A stretch of 64,000 nucleotides of DNA. It comes from Eledone cirrhosa (Eukaryota). How positions within the stretch are numbered: the first letter of the stretch is position 1; each line of letters starts with the position of its first letter. Both the position numbers and the translations under genes were made by a program. Under the pieces are notes generated by a model. It saw only the letters and a list, made by a program, of their open reading frames with translations, did no database searches and had not been told where the DNA came from. Of this stretch, positions 43,187-56,443 are shown in pieces. The stretch covers positions 62,124,001-62,188,000 of the forward strand of contig OZ024745.1 of NCBI GenBank assembly GCA_964016885.1, given 5' to 3'.

Positions 43187-43597
43187 TTTTTTCCGGGGGA
43201 GGGGAAGGCTGTCTGTCGGAAAGGTGCGAAACGTGTCCTCCGCTGTTCGTTGTTTTGACTATCTGAGGTATTCAGCAGAGTGCGAGTGCGCGTGAAATGG
43301 GGTCGGTTAAGCAGAGCAGAGGTCGGCGGCCGAAATTGTTCTTTCAATTGTGGGAGTGGGGTGGCGCTAGCTGTCAGTCCATAGTATTCTCTGCATGTTT
43401 GGTGAATGTTACTGTGTGTGTGTGTGCGTGTGTTGTTGTCTCGCTTGAGTGTGTGTGTGTGTCTGCGTGTGTTGTTGCCTTGTTCCTCTGTATTGGCAGT
43501 GTAGTATGTTCGTATGGTAGAATGCTACTGTGTGTGTGCGTGTGTTGCTGTATCGCTTGTGTGTCTGTGTGCGTGTATTGCTGCATCGTTTATTTAC

Positions 43598-44573
43598 TTA
43601 AACTAACCACCTCATTTCGCTTCTCTCGGATCGGTTGTTTAATTGTGGCCCTAGGCGTTTGATACAAAGTGTTTCCTTGGCACGTAATGTGCCGACGTTT
43701 CTTTCTGTCGCTAGAATTGTGACAATGGGCCTTCCGTATTTCTTTCCGCATTTGGCTATGTGTTTCCGGAAAGACGAGGCCCTGGTGTTAGTGTGCTCCT
43801 TGATCCGGATGTGCAGCGGCCGGATTGTGCTACCTATATAGAATTGGTTGCAGTTGTTACATTCTATCTTATACACAACGTATGTGCGTAGGCAACTGTT
43901 CGCATGGCGCATCGGGCAGTCTCTGAGGGAGCACGCGTCAGTTGATTTCCCGGGTTTCGTGGGGAGGCATCTTAGCAGGGAGGGGCCCGAGTTGGCCAGA
44001 TGGATGTCGAGGCCCTCCCTCCGTATAGCCTTGCGGATAGCGTTGGTGGTATTCTCGCCCAGGTGTGGCATTTTAAGGAAGAACTTGCCTAGGGTGCCTC
44101 TCCGTCTCTTGTGTCTGGCATCTCATACTCTGTCTGTGAGCTAGGTAGGATAGCCGTTCGTCTCCAGCACCTCGATGAATCGCTTGGTATGAGTGACACC
44201 ACTCGCAAGATCGCTGCATCTGCTTTTGATTCGCGCGATCTCGTTCGTGATGTATCCTCTTTTGACACTGTTAGGGAGAGCGGACTTGTAGTGGACGAAC
44301 AGGTCCCTGCAGGCTGCCTTTCGGAAGAAGTTGCAGTGGATCCCTCCCTGTTCCGTGATGTTGATTCGGAAGTCGAGGAGGGCAAGTGACCCGTCGTCGT
44401 TGGGATTTTCAACACTGAAGTCAATTTTCTCGTCCGTGTTGTTCAACGTCTCATAGATTCTGTTCGCCTTGTCTTGGGAAGATGTGAAGATGAGGATATC
44501 GTCCACGTACCTATAGAAAAAGACGACGGCGTTGGGGTTGCAGGCGTTGAGTGCCTTGCGCTCGAGGCTGTCC
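43598..44573 (-). pseudogene. PLE RT C-terminal half + GIY-YIG endonuclease (one stop at 44141)
   Basis: RYVDD, LALLDFRI, VVYKIECNNCNQFYIGSTIRPLHIRIKEH, KETLCIKRLGPQLN. Confidence 0.9.
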
Positions 44574-44590
44574 CGGATGTTAATATACTG

Positions 44591-45700
44591 ATTGAATGCG
44601 TCCAATCCACCGACCTACACTGCTTCGGGTTCACCACCACTGACATCCACCAACTGATATCCATCGTCGTCGACAACACCTACTTCGGATTCCTTGACCA
44701 AACATACCAGCAAACCTCGGGACTGCCCATGGGCTCAAGCCTGTCGGGTGTGCTAGCGATCTCATACTTGGACAGCCTCGAGCGCAAGGCACTCAACGCC
44801 TGCCACTCCAACGCCGTCGCCTTTTTCGCAAGGTACGAGGACGATATCCTCATCCTCACATCTTCCCAAGACATGGCGAACAGAATCTATGAGACGTTCA
44901 ACAACACGGACGAGAACATTGACTTCAGTGTTGAACACCCCAACGACGACGGGTCACTTGCCCTCCTCGACTTCCGAATCAACATCGCGGAACAGGGAGG
45001 GATCCACTGCAACTTCTACCGAAAGGCAGTCTGCAGGGACCTGTTCGTGCACTACAAGTCCGCCCTCCCTAACAGTGCCAAAAGAGGATACATCACGAAC
45101 GAGATCGCGCGAATCAAAAGCAGATGCAGCGATCTTGCGAGTTGTATCACTCATACCAAGCGATTCCTCGAGGTGCTGGAGACGAACGGGTACCCTACCT
45201 CGCTCACAGACAGAGTAGGAGACACCAGACTCAAGAGACAGAGAGGCACACAAGGCAAGTGCTTCCTTAAAATGCCACACCTGGGCGAGAATGCCACCAA
45301 CGCTATCCGCAAGGCTATACGGAGGGAGGGCCTCGACATCCATCTGGCCCACTTGGGCCCCTCCCTGCGAAGTTGCCTCTCCAGGAAACCCGGGAAATCA
45401 ACTGACGCGTGCTCCATCAGAGACTGCCCGATGCGCCATGCGAACTGTTGCCTACGCACATACGTCGTGTATAAGATAGAATGTAACAAGTGCAACCAAT
45501 ACTATATTGGTGGCACAATCCGGCCGCTGCACATCCAGATCAAGGAGCACACTAACACCAGAGCCTCGTCTTTCCGGAAACACATAGCCAAATGCGGAAA
45601 GAAAGACGGAAGGCCTATTGTCACAATTCTAGCGACAGAAATAAACGTCGGCACAATTAAACAACCGATCCGAGAGAAGCGAAATGAGGTGGTTGGTTTA
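44591..45700 (+). pseudogene. PLE RT + GIY-YIG endonuclease, 5'-truncated, YVDD changed to YEDD, with a C-terminal deletion
   Basis: YQQTSGLPMGSSLS, RYEDD, VVYKIECNKCNQYYIGGT; about 40-nt deletion near 45652 relative to the left arm. Confidence 0.9.
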
Positions 45701-45870
45701 AGTAAACAAATGATGCAGCAACACACGCACACAGACACACAAACGATACAGCAACACACGCACACTCACACACACAGTAGCATTCCACCATACGAACATA
45801 CTACACTGCCAATACAGAGGAACAAGGCAACAACACACGCAGACACACACACACACTCAAGCGAGACAAC

Positions 45871-45918
<48 letters not shown>

Positions 45919-46136
45919 CATTCACCAAACAGGCAAATAATACTATGCACTGACAGCTAGCGCCACCCCACACCCACAATTGAAAGAACTATTTCGGCCG
46001 CCGACCTCTGCTTAACCGACCCCATTTCACGCGCACTCGCGCTCTGCTGAATACCTCAGATATATAAAACAACGAACAGCGGAGGACACGTTTAACACCT
46101 TTCCGACAGACAACCTTCCCCCCTCCCAGGAAAAAA

Positions 46137-46172
46137 CCCCAGTTGATGGATGTGAATCCGAAATATATAGGG
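46137..46172 (+). ncRNA. Hammerhead-like motif with CAGUUGA core
   Basis: ccc-CAGTTGA-t-ggat(gtga)atcc-GAAA-tata-TA-ggg. Confidence 0.6.
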
Positions 46173-46223
46173 ACAATTAAATCTCTCCCAAGGTAACTCT
46201 ATCTCATGTTATTATATGTATTT

Positions 46224-46412
46224 AAGGGCGGTGGATTGCCAGTATCGGTAGAGGGTCGAACTCCATGCTTTCCAGGATAGTTACGTCCCTTTACGATCTG
46301 AGTTCAAATCCCGCCGAGGTTGACTTTGCCTTTCATCCTTACAGGGTTGATAAAATAAAGTACCAGTAATGCACTGGGTATTTGCTGGCCTTGTGCCTAA
46401 AAGTAGAAACAA
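46224..46412 (+). mobile_element. SINE inserted in the right pLTR of the PLE pair
   Basis: Absent from the left arm. Confidence 0.9.
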
Positions 46413-46608
46413 TAAATTTTATTTTTATCCTTTACGCTCTTTCCTACAGTCTTCTACACGCCCCACATCTCAACGTACACCCACTTACATCTCTCTCCAC
46501 CACCGGATCTTGTTACCCGGAGATTTACCCATCTGCATTGTCGAGGCTTCGAAACGACTTAAAGAAATTTACCTTATTATTCCACAATGCTTCAAGCAAA
46601 CCTCAATA

Positions 46609-46639
<31 letters not shown>

Positions 46640-47158
46640 TTAACCACTCTGTCGAGAGCTTTATTCGATTTGTGATATTTTGCATTTTCGCAATATTATA
46701 CACAACTGAATTCATTCGCCTAATATAGGTGTTGCCTCCCTTCCTGAACCCCACGTGGGGTCAGTTACAGACACATTTATGTGGACTTTCGAACTGAATC
46801 CCGTTGACAACGCGTACTCCCAGTTCAGTCATGATACCAGAAACCTAACATCCTTTATGTAAGTAAATGACTTATCGAGCCGCAGAAACCCAATTACTGG
46901 ACTTTACCTTCTTTCCAGGGGTCCGGGTAAGCTTTCAACCATTTATATTTTTATAAATTTTTATATCTGTATATCTGTTTGACCCCAAATAGGCGATCGA
47001 ATTTTCGCTGTGTGGATGATTAGTTTAACCACCATCTCAGTGTGTTTGGCCTTTAACGTAAGTTGTCGAGCGCTTGCCACACAACTCGGAAGTGATTCTC
47101 GTTAATTCCTGAGCTGAAATTCGATTCTCGCTAATTTTTACCTATATATATATATATA

Positions 47159-49199
47159 CGGCGATAAATTAGATTTGCGAGGTTTTTGATATGAAACCGT
47201 GTGTCGAAACAAATATTGTTATACTTGCACAGTAGACCCATAAGAGGTAGACTCCCCACGATAACCTCAATGGCAAAAAGGACTCCCATGGGAAGGTGGA
47301 TTGGGTGGACCAAAGCTATAGGGACCCCCAATAGAATGATCAGGTAAGAAAAATGGTCGCACATGTAATAGGGGCTAGTATCAAAACTACCCTAAAGGGC
47401 CACATATTCAAGTTAAACGAGAAGGCCTACACCCAAAATGAGGGAGCAGCCATTGGCGTCAGCATAGCTGGTTACGTTGCCAACCTTTTTATGGTATGGT
47501 GGGAAAGGAGACTCAAAGATCTCCTTGATGAGAGCTCCATAGAACTCATCATGTACTCTCGTTACGTAGACGACATCAATATAGTAATAAGGACACCCCC
47601 CACAAGAGAGCACTAACAAGTTTGATTTAGAACGTAGCACAATGGAAAGCATCCAGCAGATAGCTAATTCCATACACCAGAGTATAACTGTAACTATCGA
47701 CTACGCTTCCAAACACCCTAACAATAGACTACCTGTATTAGACACGGAACTCTCGATTAACACTATAGACGAGAGAGCCCAAATTCTCCACTCACACTAT
47801 GCTAAACCCATGGCCTCCAAATACCTGATACTCAAAAACTCAGCAATGTCCAGTAGTGCTAATTTTAATATTCTGATCGCAGACTTGGTACGATTGATGA
47901 AGAACGTGTCCCGCATGTGCGACCCAACAGAAATGGAAAGACACACCCAACACTTCATCAACCGCATGCAGTTCTCTGGCTACAATCAAAGAGAGAGAAT
48001 CAGAGTATACGAAGGAGCCACGGAGAAGTATAAGACCCTCATAGAACTGGACATGAAAGGAATTTGCCCATTATACAGGAGCAAATCATGGGATAGATTA
48101 GATAGGACTAGACATAAGATAGGGAAAGCCACCTCATGGTACAACAACCAGAGATACCAGAGTGTCATGTTTGTGGACGCTACCCCTTTGAGGGAAGTTA
48201 GCTATCCAGTGTAGAAAGGCTCTGAGAAAGACCCACTTAAAGATTAAGGTGGTAGAAAAGCCAGGAATCACCGTAAAATCCCTGATCAGCAAAGCCTACC
48301 CTTTTAAGAAAACCCACTGTACTAATAGGAAATGTATTATATGTAAAGTGAACAGCCGGATAAACTGTAAAACTAGAAACGTAGTCTATAGCATAAAATG
48401 TACAGAGGGTACTTGCAGAAACATAACAACAACATACATAGGCGAGACAGCTCGTAACATGGGTGAAAGGATAGACCGACACTGTGGTGGGGGGGGGGAC
48501 TAAAAGGACGAAAAAACGTTTCAGTACTATACGAACATGCCAGACAACAACACAACGGTAACATAGACAACATAGAAATTAGTATAATATCTAAACATAG
48601 AAATGACCAAGCAGATAGGCAAATCAGAGAGGCCAGCGAAATAGAACTTCGAAGGCCAAGGCTAAACAGAAAAAATGAATGGAATAACAACACCCAAATA
48701 AACAACACTGACCTAAGAGAAGTATAAATAAATAAATAAATATATACACAAGCACAATAACAACAAACACATATAAACACACACTAGTAAACTAAGATAG
48801 AATACAATAACCAATACACAGTCACCCAAACACGAACACACATCAAACGAAAACGCATGCGCAGAGAAGACAAAAAAATAAAAAAGTAAACAAATAAATA
48901 AATAAATAAATAGACTAAATAAAGATGGTGTAGGCATACAATGCAACGGGAGGAAACATAATAGCACCACTGACGATGTTGCAGATGTGCAACGAAATAC
49001 CTTTGTTAGACTATATATATGTGTTTGTGTCTATATTGTATCTGTATTTTTGACCGTTGGTCAGTCAATGGTAACATTGGGGACCGAATAAATTAAATTA
49101 ACCGATATAAAAGACACAGAAGCGAAAAGCAACCAAACAGTGAGTGTGTTCTGTTATTAATTCTGGCAATATTACACAAATATGACCCTCCCCAAGTAT

Positions 49200-49205
<6 letters not shown>
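47159..49205 (+). mobile_element. 5'-truncated PLE (Naiad/Neptune-like RT + GIY-YIG) with short inverted end+tail at 47159-47227
   Basis: QNEGAAIG, RYVDD, LPVLD, HYAKPMAS, PLYR..W, FVDATP, CxxxxCxxC..C..RNVVYSIKC....C..YIGETARN, RQIREA, LNRKNEW; frameshifted; attgttatacttg is the reverse complement of the 3' terminus. Confidence 0.88.
48966..49007 (+). ncRNA. Minimal type-I hammerhead in the pLTR
   Basis: acca-CTGACGA-t-gttgca(gatg)tgcaac-GAAA-tacc-TT-tgtt. Confidence 0.65.
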
Positions 49206-49269
<64 letters not shown>

Positions 49270-49327
49270 ATATATATATATATGAAGATATGCATTAGAT
49301 TAACGCTTGATATAGTAGGAAAAGAAT

Positions 49328-49361
49328 CTCTAGTTTTCTAACACTAATCTTTCGTCAGAAA
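49328..49361 (-). ncRNA. Degenerate hammerhead-like motif
   Basis: ttt-CTGACGA-aagattagtgtta-GAAA-ac-TA-gag; weak stem II. Confidence 0.3.
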
Positions 49362-49750
49362 ATAGAATGAAAAATAAAAGTTGCAATAGAAAAATATAGA
49401 GTGTAACCCCAAGAATAAAGGGAACAAATGCATGTGGTTATAGTTAAACCACAACAACGATATATACAAACAAGTTGAAGACTAACCTGGACTGTCTACA
49501 ATAGATAAGAATCGATAGAAATCGATAAAAATCCTCGATACGCTTCTGGAACCTCACGAAGATGCACCACAAATTGCACAATGCATATGCAAGTCATAGA
49601 TGCAGCTAGCGATGTAACTGAAAACCCCTTAAGCGACAGGTGTTCGTTCAATATTATCCGACGTAGTTCAGTTTGGAGAGAGTAAGGCATTCTTCCGTAG
49701 CAGTAAATTCGCCTGTGTCATCATGTGACTTTTCTCAAAAGAGGAAGGTC

Positions 49751-49788
<38 letters not shown>

Positions 49789-49795
<7 letters not shown>

Positions 49796-50090
49796 TGTGT
49801 ACACGTACATACATATATGTATACAGACGTACAGTAGTATGTATATATGCATACACACATGCACACATATATATATGTACGTATGGATTCACCGAATATT
49901 TATTATAATGCTCGGTTGCTGGACACTACGGCTTAATACGGGATGTTTGTTTACAAACACACCGAGCATTATAATAAATATTCGGTGAATCCATACGTAC
50001 ATATATATATGTGTGCATGTGTGTATGTATATATATACATACTACTGTACGTCTGTATACATATATGTATGTACGTGTACACACTTATAT
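49789..50090. repeat. Near-perfect inverted repeat, about 128-bp arms, 45-nt spacer
   Basis: 49789-49916 against 49961-50090. Confidence 0.9.
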
Positions 50091-50168
50091 TTAAGTAACA
50101 GCCGTACTAAGAGTGGGAAATGAAATTTCGTTTCATTTTTTCCATCTGTATATATATATAGAGAGAGA

Positions 50169-50215
<47 letters not shown>

Positions 50216-50221
50216 GTATAA

Positions 50222-50291
<70 letters not shown>

Positions 50292-50399
50292 GTAGATAAA
50301 TCTACCAAGAGTTTACGGTAGTGTCCAATCCGTATGAAGAACTCAATGTATTCCGGATATCATGGAAAGAAGAGATGTAATGAAAATCCACTTTCGTTG

Positions 50400-50630
<231 letters not shown>

Positions 50631-50701
50631 TATATATGTATATATATATATATATATATTATATATGTATATATATATATATATATATACATATATTTAT
50701 T

Positions 50702-50767
<66 letters not shown>

Positions 50768-50769
<2 letters not shown>

Positions 50770-51840
50770 TACTGCAGGTAGCACATGGTAACATGTAATA
50801 AAATACGTCCCTCATCAGTGATTTGCCGAAGATCATAGATATTTCATTGCATTAAAAATCATATATCTCACTTCGGTGCAATAATAACCAAAATAAGTTA
50901 TTAGGACAATTAAAACGCGTAAAGCGAGTGAGACAGGGGAACAACAGAAAAGATAGCATACCGTGGGAGAGAAACAAGCTTCAAAAATTATTCTGTTAGC
51001 GTAAGCTAGGTGAATATATGAGCGCTAGGGAAAGAATAGTCCAGCACGAACGAATGCCATTGAGCAGAGAGAGAAAAAATAGCGTCCGTGAGTGCAGGAT
51101 GAAATGAAGAGAAGAGGGAGAAAAACAGTGAGTGAGTGAAAGTGTGAGGAAGAGTTAACGGACAAGACAGAGGGGGAGAAACAGAGAGAATGGGGGAACA
51201 GTAAGAGAGAGAGAAAAAACACAGAATCGCAGTGGTAAATATATGTATTAAAATATAGAGAAAAATACTGCAGGTAGCACATGGTAACATGTAATAAAAT
51301 ACGTCCCTCATCAGTGATTTGCCGAAGATCATAGATATTTCATTGCATTAAAAATCATATATCTCACTTCGGTGCAATAATAACCAACATAAGTTATTAG
51401 GACAATTAAAACGCGTAAAGCGAGTGAGACAGAGGAACAACAGAAAAGATAGCATACCGTGGGAGAGAAACAAGCTTCAAAAATTATTCTGTTAGCGTAA
51501 GCTAGGTGAATATATGAGCGCTAGGGAAAGAATAGTCCAGCACGAACGAATGCCATTGAGCAGAGAGAGAAAAAATAGCGTCCGTGAGTGCAGGATGAAA
51601 TGAAGAGAAGAGGGAGAAAAACAGTGAGTGAGTGAAAGTGTGAGGAAGTGTTAACGGACAAGACAGAGGGGGAGAAACAGAGAGAATGGGGGAACAGTAA
51701 GAGAGAGAGAAAAAACACAGAATCGCAGTGGTAAATATATGTATTAAAATATAGAGAAAAATACTGCAGGTTGCACATGGTAACATGTAATAAAATACGT
51801 CCCTCATCAGTGATTTGCCGAAGATCATAGATATTTCATT
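50768..51840. repeat. 496-bp tandem repeat, about 2.15 copies, near-identical
   Basis: aatactgcagg(t)agcacatgg recurs at 50768, 51264 and 51760. Confidence 0.92.
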
Positions 51841-52033
51841 AGGGAGATAGTTTGCGTCGGAGCTTCACCTGCGCACTCACAGGTGGAACATCAGAGTAAC
51901 TAGATCCCCTATTTAGCCATAATAAATGAATATTTAAACTCTACTTCCTTATTTAGTACTTTTTCTCACATTCGCCAACTATAAACGTCTACCTATCTAC
52001 CTATCTATCTCTCTCGCGCTCTCTATCTCTCTA

Positions 52034-52149
<116 letters not shown>

Positions 52150-52613
52150 AAGAGTTAGAGAGATGGAGATAAAGAGATTTTTTACTGATATTGATATTTA
52201 TTCTAGAGATAATAAATAAGAAACACAATAACAGAGAAATAGAAAAATCGACTAGCAAAATATAATATAACATATTGTGTGAAAAAATGAAAAAGATATG
52301 GCTGATACATAAATTTTACTACCATCTTGAACAAACATAAATGTAATTGTTTTCTCTAAATTATTTCCAGCTAGGATGGCTGGAGAAACTGTAGAAATTG
52401 AGTTAATACATTGAATAGAATATATATTCCTACAAATATTTCGCTAAGGAAACATTTATCTATGGAAGATGCCTAGATAACCTATTGTTGCTTTGCTTTT
52501 CAACACCCAATATTTTCTTTTATTTTCCATTCACTTCATTCACTGTCACTTTAGCATACTCTCTCTCTGTCTTTGCGTCTCTGGGTGTCTGCCTGACTCT
52601 CTATCTCTCTCAA

Positions 52614-52726
<113 letters not shown>

Positions 52727-53260
52727 ATATATATATATATATCTGTGCGTGTCTGTATGTGTGTATATATGTGTGCGGGCGTGTGGGTGTGTATGCGCGC
52801 TTATGCATGTGTTTGAATTTGTCCTTGGATGAATGCATGTTTATCATACGATATATCATATCGACCTGATATTCAACTTCAGTCATCATGATAGGTTTCT
52901 GTGACAATATAATCATATTTTACTTTATCAATTCATCTTCTATCAGACAATAGTGTCAGTTATTTCATGTTCAATCATTATAGATACTTATCATTTGTTG
53001 ATCAGAACTACTGAAAGCAGTTGGAACCATGATCACTTCAGAAAACCAAAGAAATATTTAATTTTATGATGCATACTACAAATCAAATTACATTTAGATC
53101 GGTCGTGATATATTTTGATATTTACATAGAGAAGTTGCAGCATAGGTCTACAATTATTTTGACAGTACTGGAGTTTCTGATGACCAACATAAGGACATGT
53201 GACAATATACAAATATTCAGGATGAAAAGTGAATATATTCAGCTTCATATCTATTACTAC

Positions 53261-53262
<2 letters not shown>

Positions 53263-53320
<58 letters not shown>

Positions 53321-53434
53321 TCTTCTTCTTCTTCTTCTTCTTCTTCTTCTTCTTCTTCTTCTTCTTCTTCTTCTTCTTCTTCTTCTTCTTCTTCTTCTTC
53401 TTCTTCTTCTTCTTCTTCTTCTTCTTCTTCTTCT
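53263..53434. repeat. (TAA)n followed by (TTC)n
   Basis: Seen directly; abuts the 3' end of the RLE element. Confidence 0.95.
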
Positions 53435-56179
53435 TTGAATCTCAGTCATTGATGTTGGTTAACTGGAAAGTCCGTTGGATTGAATATCAAGCCACTACCT
53501 GCAGCCTCAGATATTCAGGACGTATCGGAGGGTTCTTGCTGTTCCAAACAAGCATGCCTTTTGAAGCGTTCCAAAAAGCGTGAAGGGGCCGATTTTCTTT
53601 AACCATCCCTGGAAACTTTTGGAGATAGTCCCCAGTGCGCCTATGACAATCGGGATCACTTTGACTTCATGGCAGTTCCAAATCCTTTTCACCTCCCACT
53701 TTAGGTCCTGGTATCGGTTAATTTTCTCCCTCTCCTTCTCTTGCACTCTCGTGTCGAACGGGCAGGCCACATCCACAATCAGACACGATCTTTTTTCTTT
53801 GTCCACAACCACCAGGTCAGGTCTATTGTGTTCCAGTTTTTTGTCCGTCTGTATCCTAAAATCCCACAGCACCTTCACCTGATTGTTCTCCATCACCGCC
53901 TCTGGCCTATGCTCATACCATTTCTCAGAATGTGGTAAATTGTTTACTTTGCACAGGTGCCAGTGGATCACCCTGCCCATCACATCGTGTCTCCAGCCCT
54001 TATAGTGGGTCTGGGCTAGGTGTTTACACTCGGACACAATGTGAGCCACAGTCTCCTCTCTCTCTCCACAGATCCTGCACAGTGGGCTAGCCTCCTCCTT
54101 GTAGATATGGTGCTTCAACCACTTCGTTTTGAGGGCCTGCTCCTGCGCAGCCATTAGCCTTCCTTCTGTAGCCTTTTTGAGGTCTCCTCTTCTCAACCAG
54201 TTCCATGTCTGTGGATCTCTAAATTCAGTTTTCTCAAAGAAGGTACTATGAAGGGATTTTCCCTTAAGGCTGCTCTTCCTCCTTGATGTTATTTCCTCCT
54301 TGGACATCCCCTGGCCTACTGTCCCCTCCTTCAGTACAGTTCTGAGCATTGGCTCCTTACTATAGGTCACGTATTTGTATAGGTTGTTTTTCTCCATCTG
54401 AACACAGTCCTCTATGCTGATAAGACCTCTTCCACCCTCAGATCTCCTTAGGTAGAGTCTATCGACATCACTCCTCTTGTGGAACATGTTGTAGATAGTC
54501 AATAGCTTCCTAGTCTTGCTATCCATTTCTTTTTGTTCAGCAACATTCCATCTCAGAATTCCCGCACTGTACCTAATAATAGACACAGCTCGGGAATTTA
54601 CTGCGCTTATGGCATTTCTGCTGTTCAGATGAGACTTCAATACGCTCCTTACTCTCCGAATGTATTCAGTTCTTAACAATTCCTTCATTTTTTTGTTCTT
54701 TATGCCATCAGCCTCCAGAACGCCCAAATACTTGTATCCTTACTCAGAGTCAATTTCCTTTATCATCTCACCTGTTGGTATCTGGATCCCGTTACTTCTG
54801 CTTAACCTACCCCTCTTCATCACAATGACTCCACATTTACCAATACCAAACTGCATACATATATCACTGCTGAAAATACGGACAGTGTCAACAAGCACAT
54901 CCAACTCCTTCTCACTTTTCCCGAAGAGCTTAAGATCGTCCATGAAGAGGAGGTGATTGATGGTAAGCTCTCCCCTTCCCAACTTGTATCCTGCTCTCAC
55001 TTTTCGCAGCACAATGGTCAAGGGCATCAGGGCAAGGACAAACAACAGAGGGGACAGGCTATCTCCCTGGAAGATACCTCTCTTGATCTTCACGCTTCCC
55101 AAGGATACTCCAGTTGATGTCAACTCTGTCTCCCAGGACCCCATACTCCTGCCTAGCAACTGTCTGATGTTATCTGCCACCCTGAAGATCTCCAGGCTTT
55201 TGGTGATCCAGGAATGAGGCACCATGTCAAATGCCTTTCTGTAGTCTATCCATCCCATGGCAAGATCAGTGTGTCTCCTCCTGCAATTCCCCATTACCAT
55301 CTTATCAATAAGTAACTGGTCCTTTGTACCACGTGACTTCTTTCGGCATCCTTTCTGTTCGTCCGGTAACAAGTTGTTTGTGTGGAGGTGATGGTAGATC
55401 TCCTCAGACACAATGCTCGTCAACAGTTTCCACATTACGGACAGACATGTGATAGGTCTATAGTTGGTAACATCATTACCCTTGATTCGGTCTTTCATTA
55501 TCAGAACTGTGGTACCTTTTGTCAACCACTCTGGCACCTCACCCGACACCAAGCAGTCATTGAACATGGCCGTCAGCTTCGGGTGGAGGGATGTTAAATG
55601 TTTAATCCAATACCCCTGCACACCATCTGGGCCTGGTGATTTCCAGTTGGTTAGTTTTTTGGCCTGCCCCTTAAGAGTTTCAACTGTGATACTCAAATCA
55701 GTTTGTTGTTGTGCCTGCTCACCGATCTCCCTCTGTACTGTCTCAATCCACCCTGCCTGGGCATTGTGTCTAACATCCTGCTCCCATATTCCTCTCCAGA
55801 ATGTTTTAGTTTGCTCCGCCCCAGGGATCAAGTCGTTGCCTCTTTCTTTCCCCTCAAGCTGTCCAAACAGCATCTTCTGGTTGTTGTCGAACATGCGGTT
55901 CTGTTTATACTGACTGACTCTGTTCTCGTATCGCCTGATTTTTGCACTCTTTGCTACAATGCGTTGCTTCAGTTCCTCTATGATAATATTTAGCTTTTTC
56001 CTCCTAGTTTTGTATTTTATTTCCAGTCTATTTTTAGTGCCTATGTTTTTTAGTGTCCCATTCAGTAGTGACTCAAGCTTTCCTATGTCATTTCTCATTT
56101 CCCCGATTTGCCCACTCAGTCGCTTCTTCCACCACGGCTCTGCTCTTTCTTGTCTGTTGTTTCCTCTCGCTTTTATACC

Positions 56180-56182
<3 letters not shown>
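53435..56182 (-). mobile_element. 5'-truncated R4/Dong-like non-LTR retrotransposon (RT + CCHC + restriction-like endonuclease), one in-frame stop at 54740-54742
   Basis: WIDYRKAFDMVPH, GIFQGDSLSP, LFMDDLK, CRIC...ETVAHIVSEC, RHD, LWDFRIQTD....NRPD, DVACP.D, EKINRYQDL, IPIVIGALG. Confidence 0.92.
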
Positions 56183-56228
<46 letters not shown>

Positions 56229-56443
56229 GGCGACCTACGTAGTAAATCGTATCATCGTGAGCTCCGGAAAGGTTTGTTATTTTCAGTTATTTAAAATTGC
56301 CATTCATGGAACATTTTTGTTGTTAACTGTATATAAGTGCACATACATTGATTTCTGAAAAGGACACTCAAAAATATTGGGGCCTTGAGCCCAAAATTTA
56401 AACTTTTTATAATTATCAAACAGAAATTTTTCTTTGAAAAATA

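Larger units (their letters stand above)
42933..46613. mobile_element. PLE (RT + GIY-YIG) inserted as a head-to-head inverted pair of 5'-truncated copies
   Basis: Left arm 42933-44573 (-), right arm 44591-46572 (+) plus about 41-nt tail; (TA)n on both sides. Confidence 0.92.

Noticed and set aside
47229-49205. Possible selenoprotein-encoding Naiad PLE (in-frame UGA plus SECIS)
   Set aside because: Visible Cys positions use normal Cys codons, the ORF breaks are frameshifts, and I found no SECIS-like hairpin
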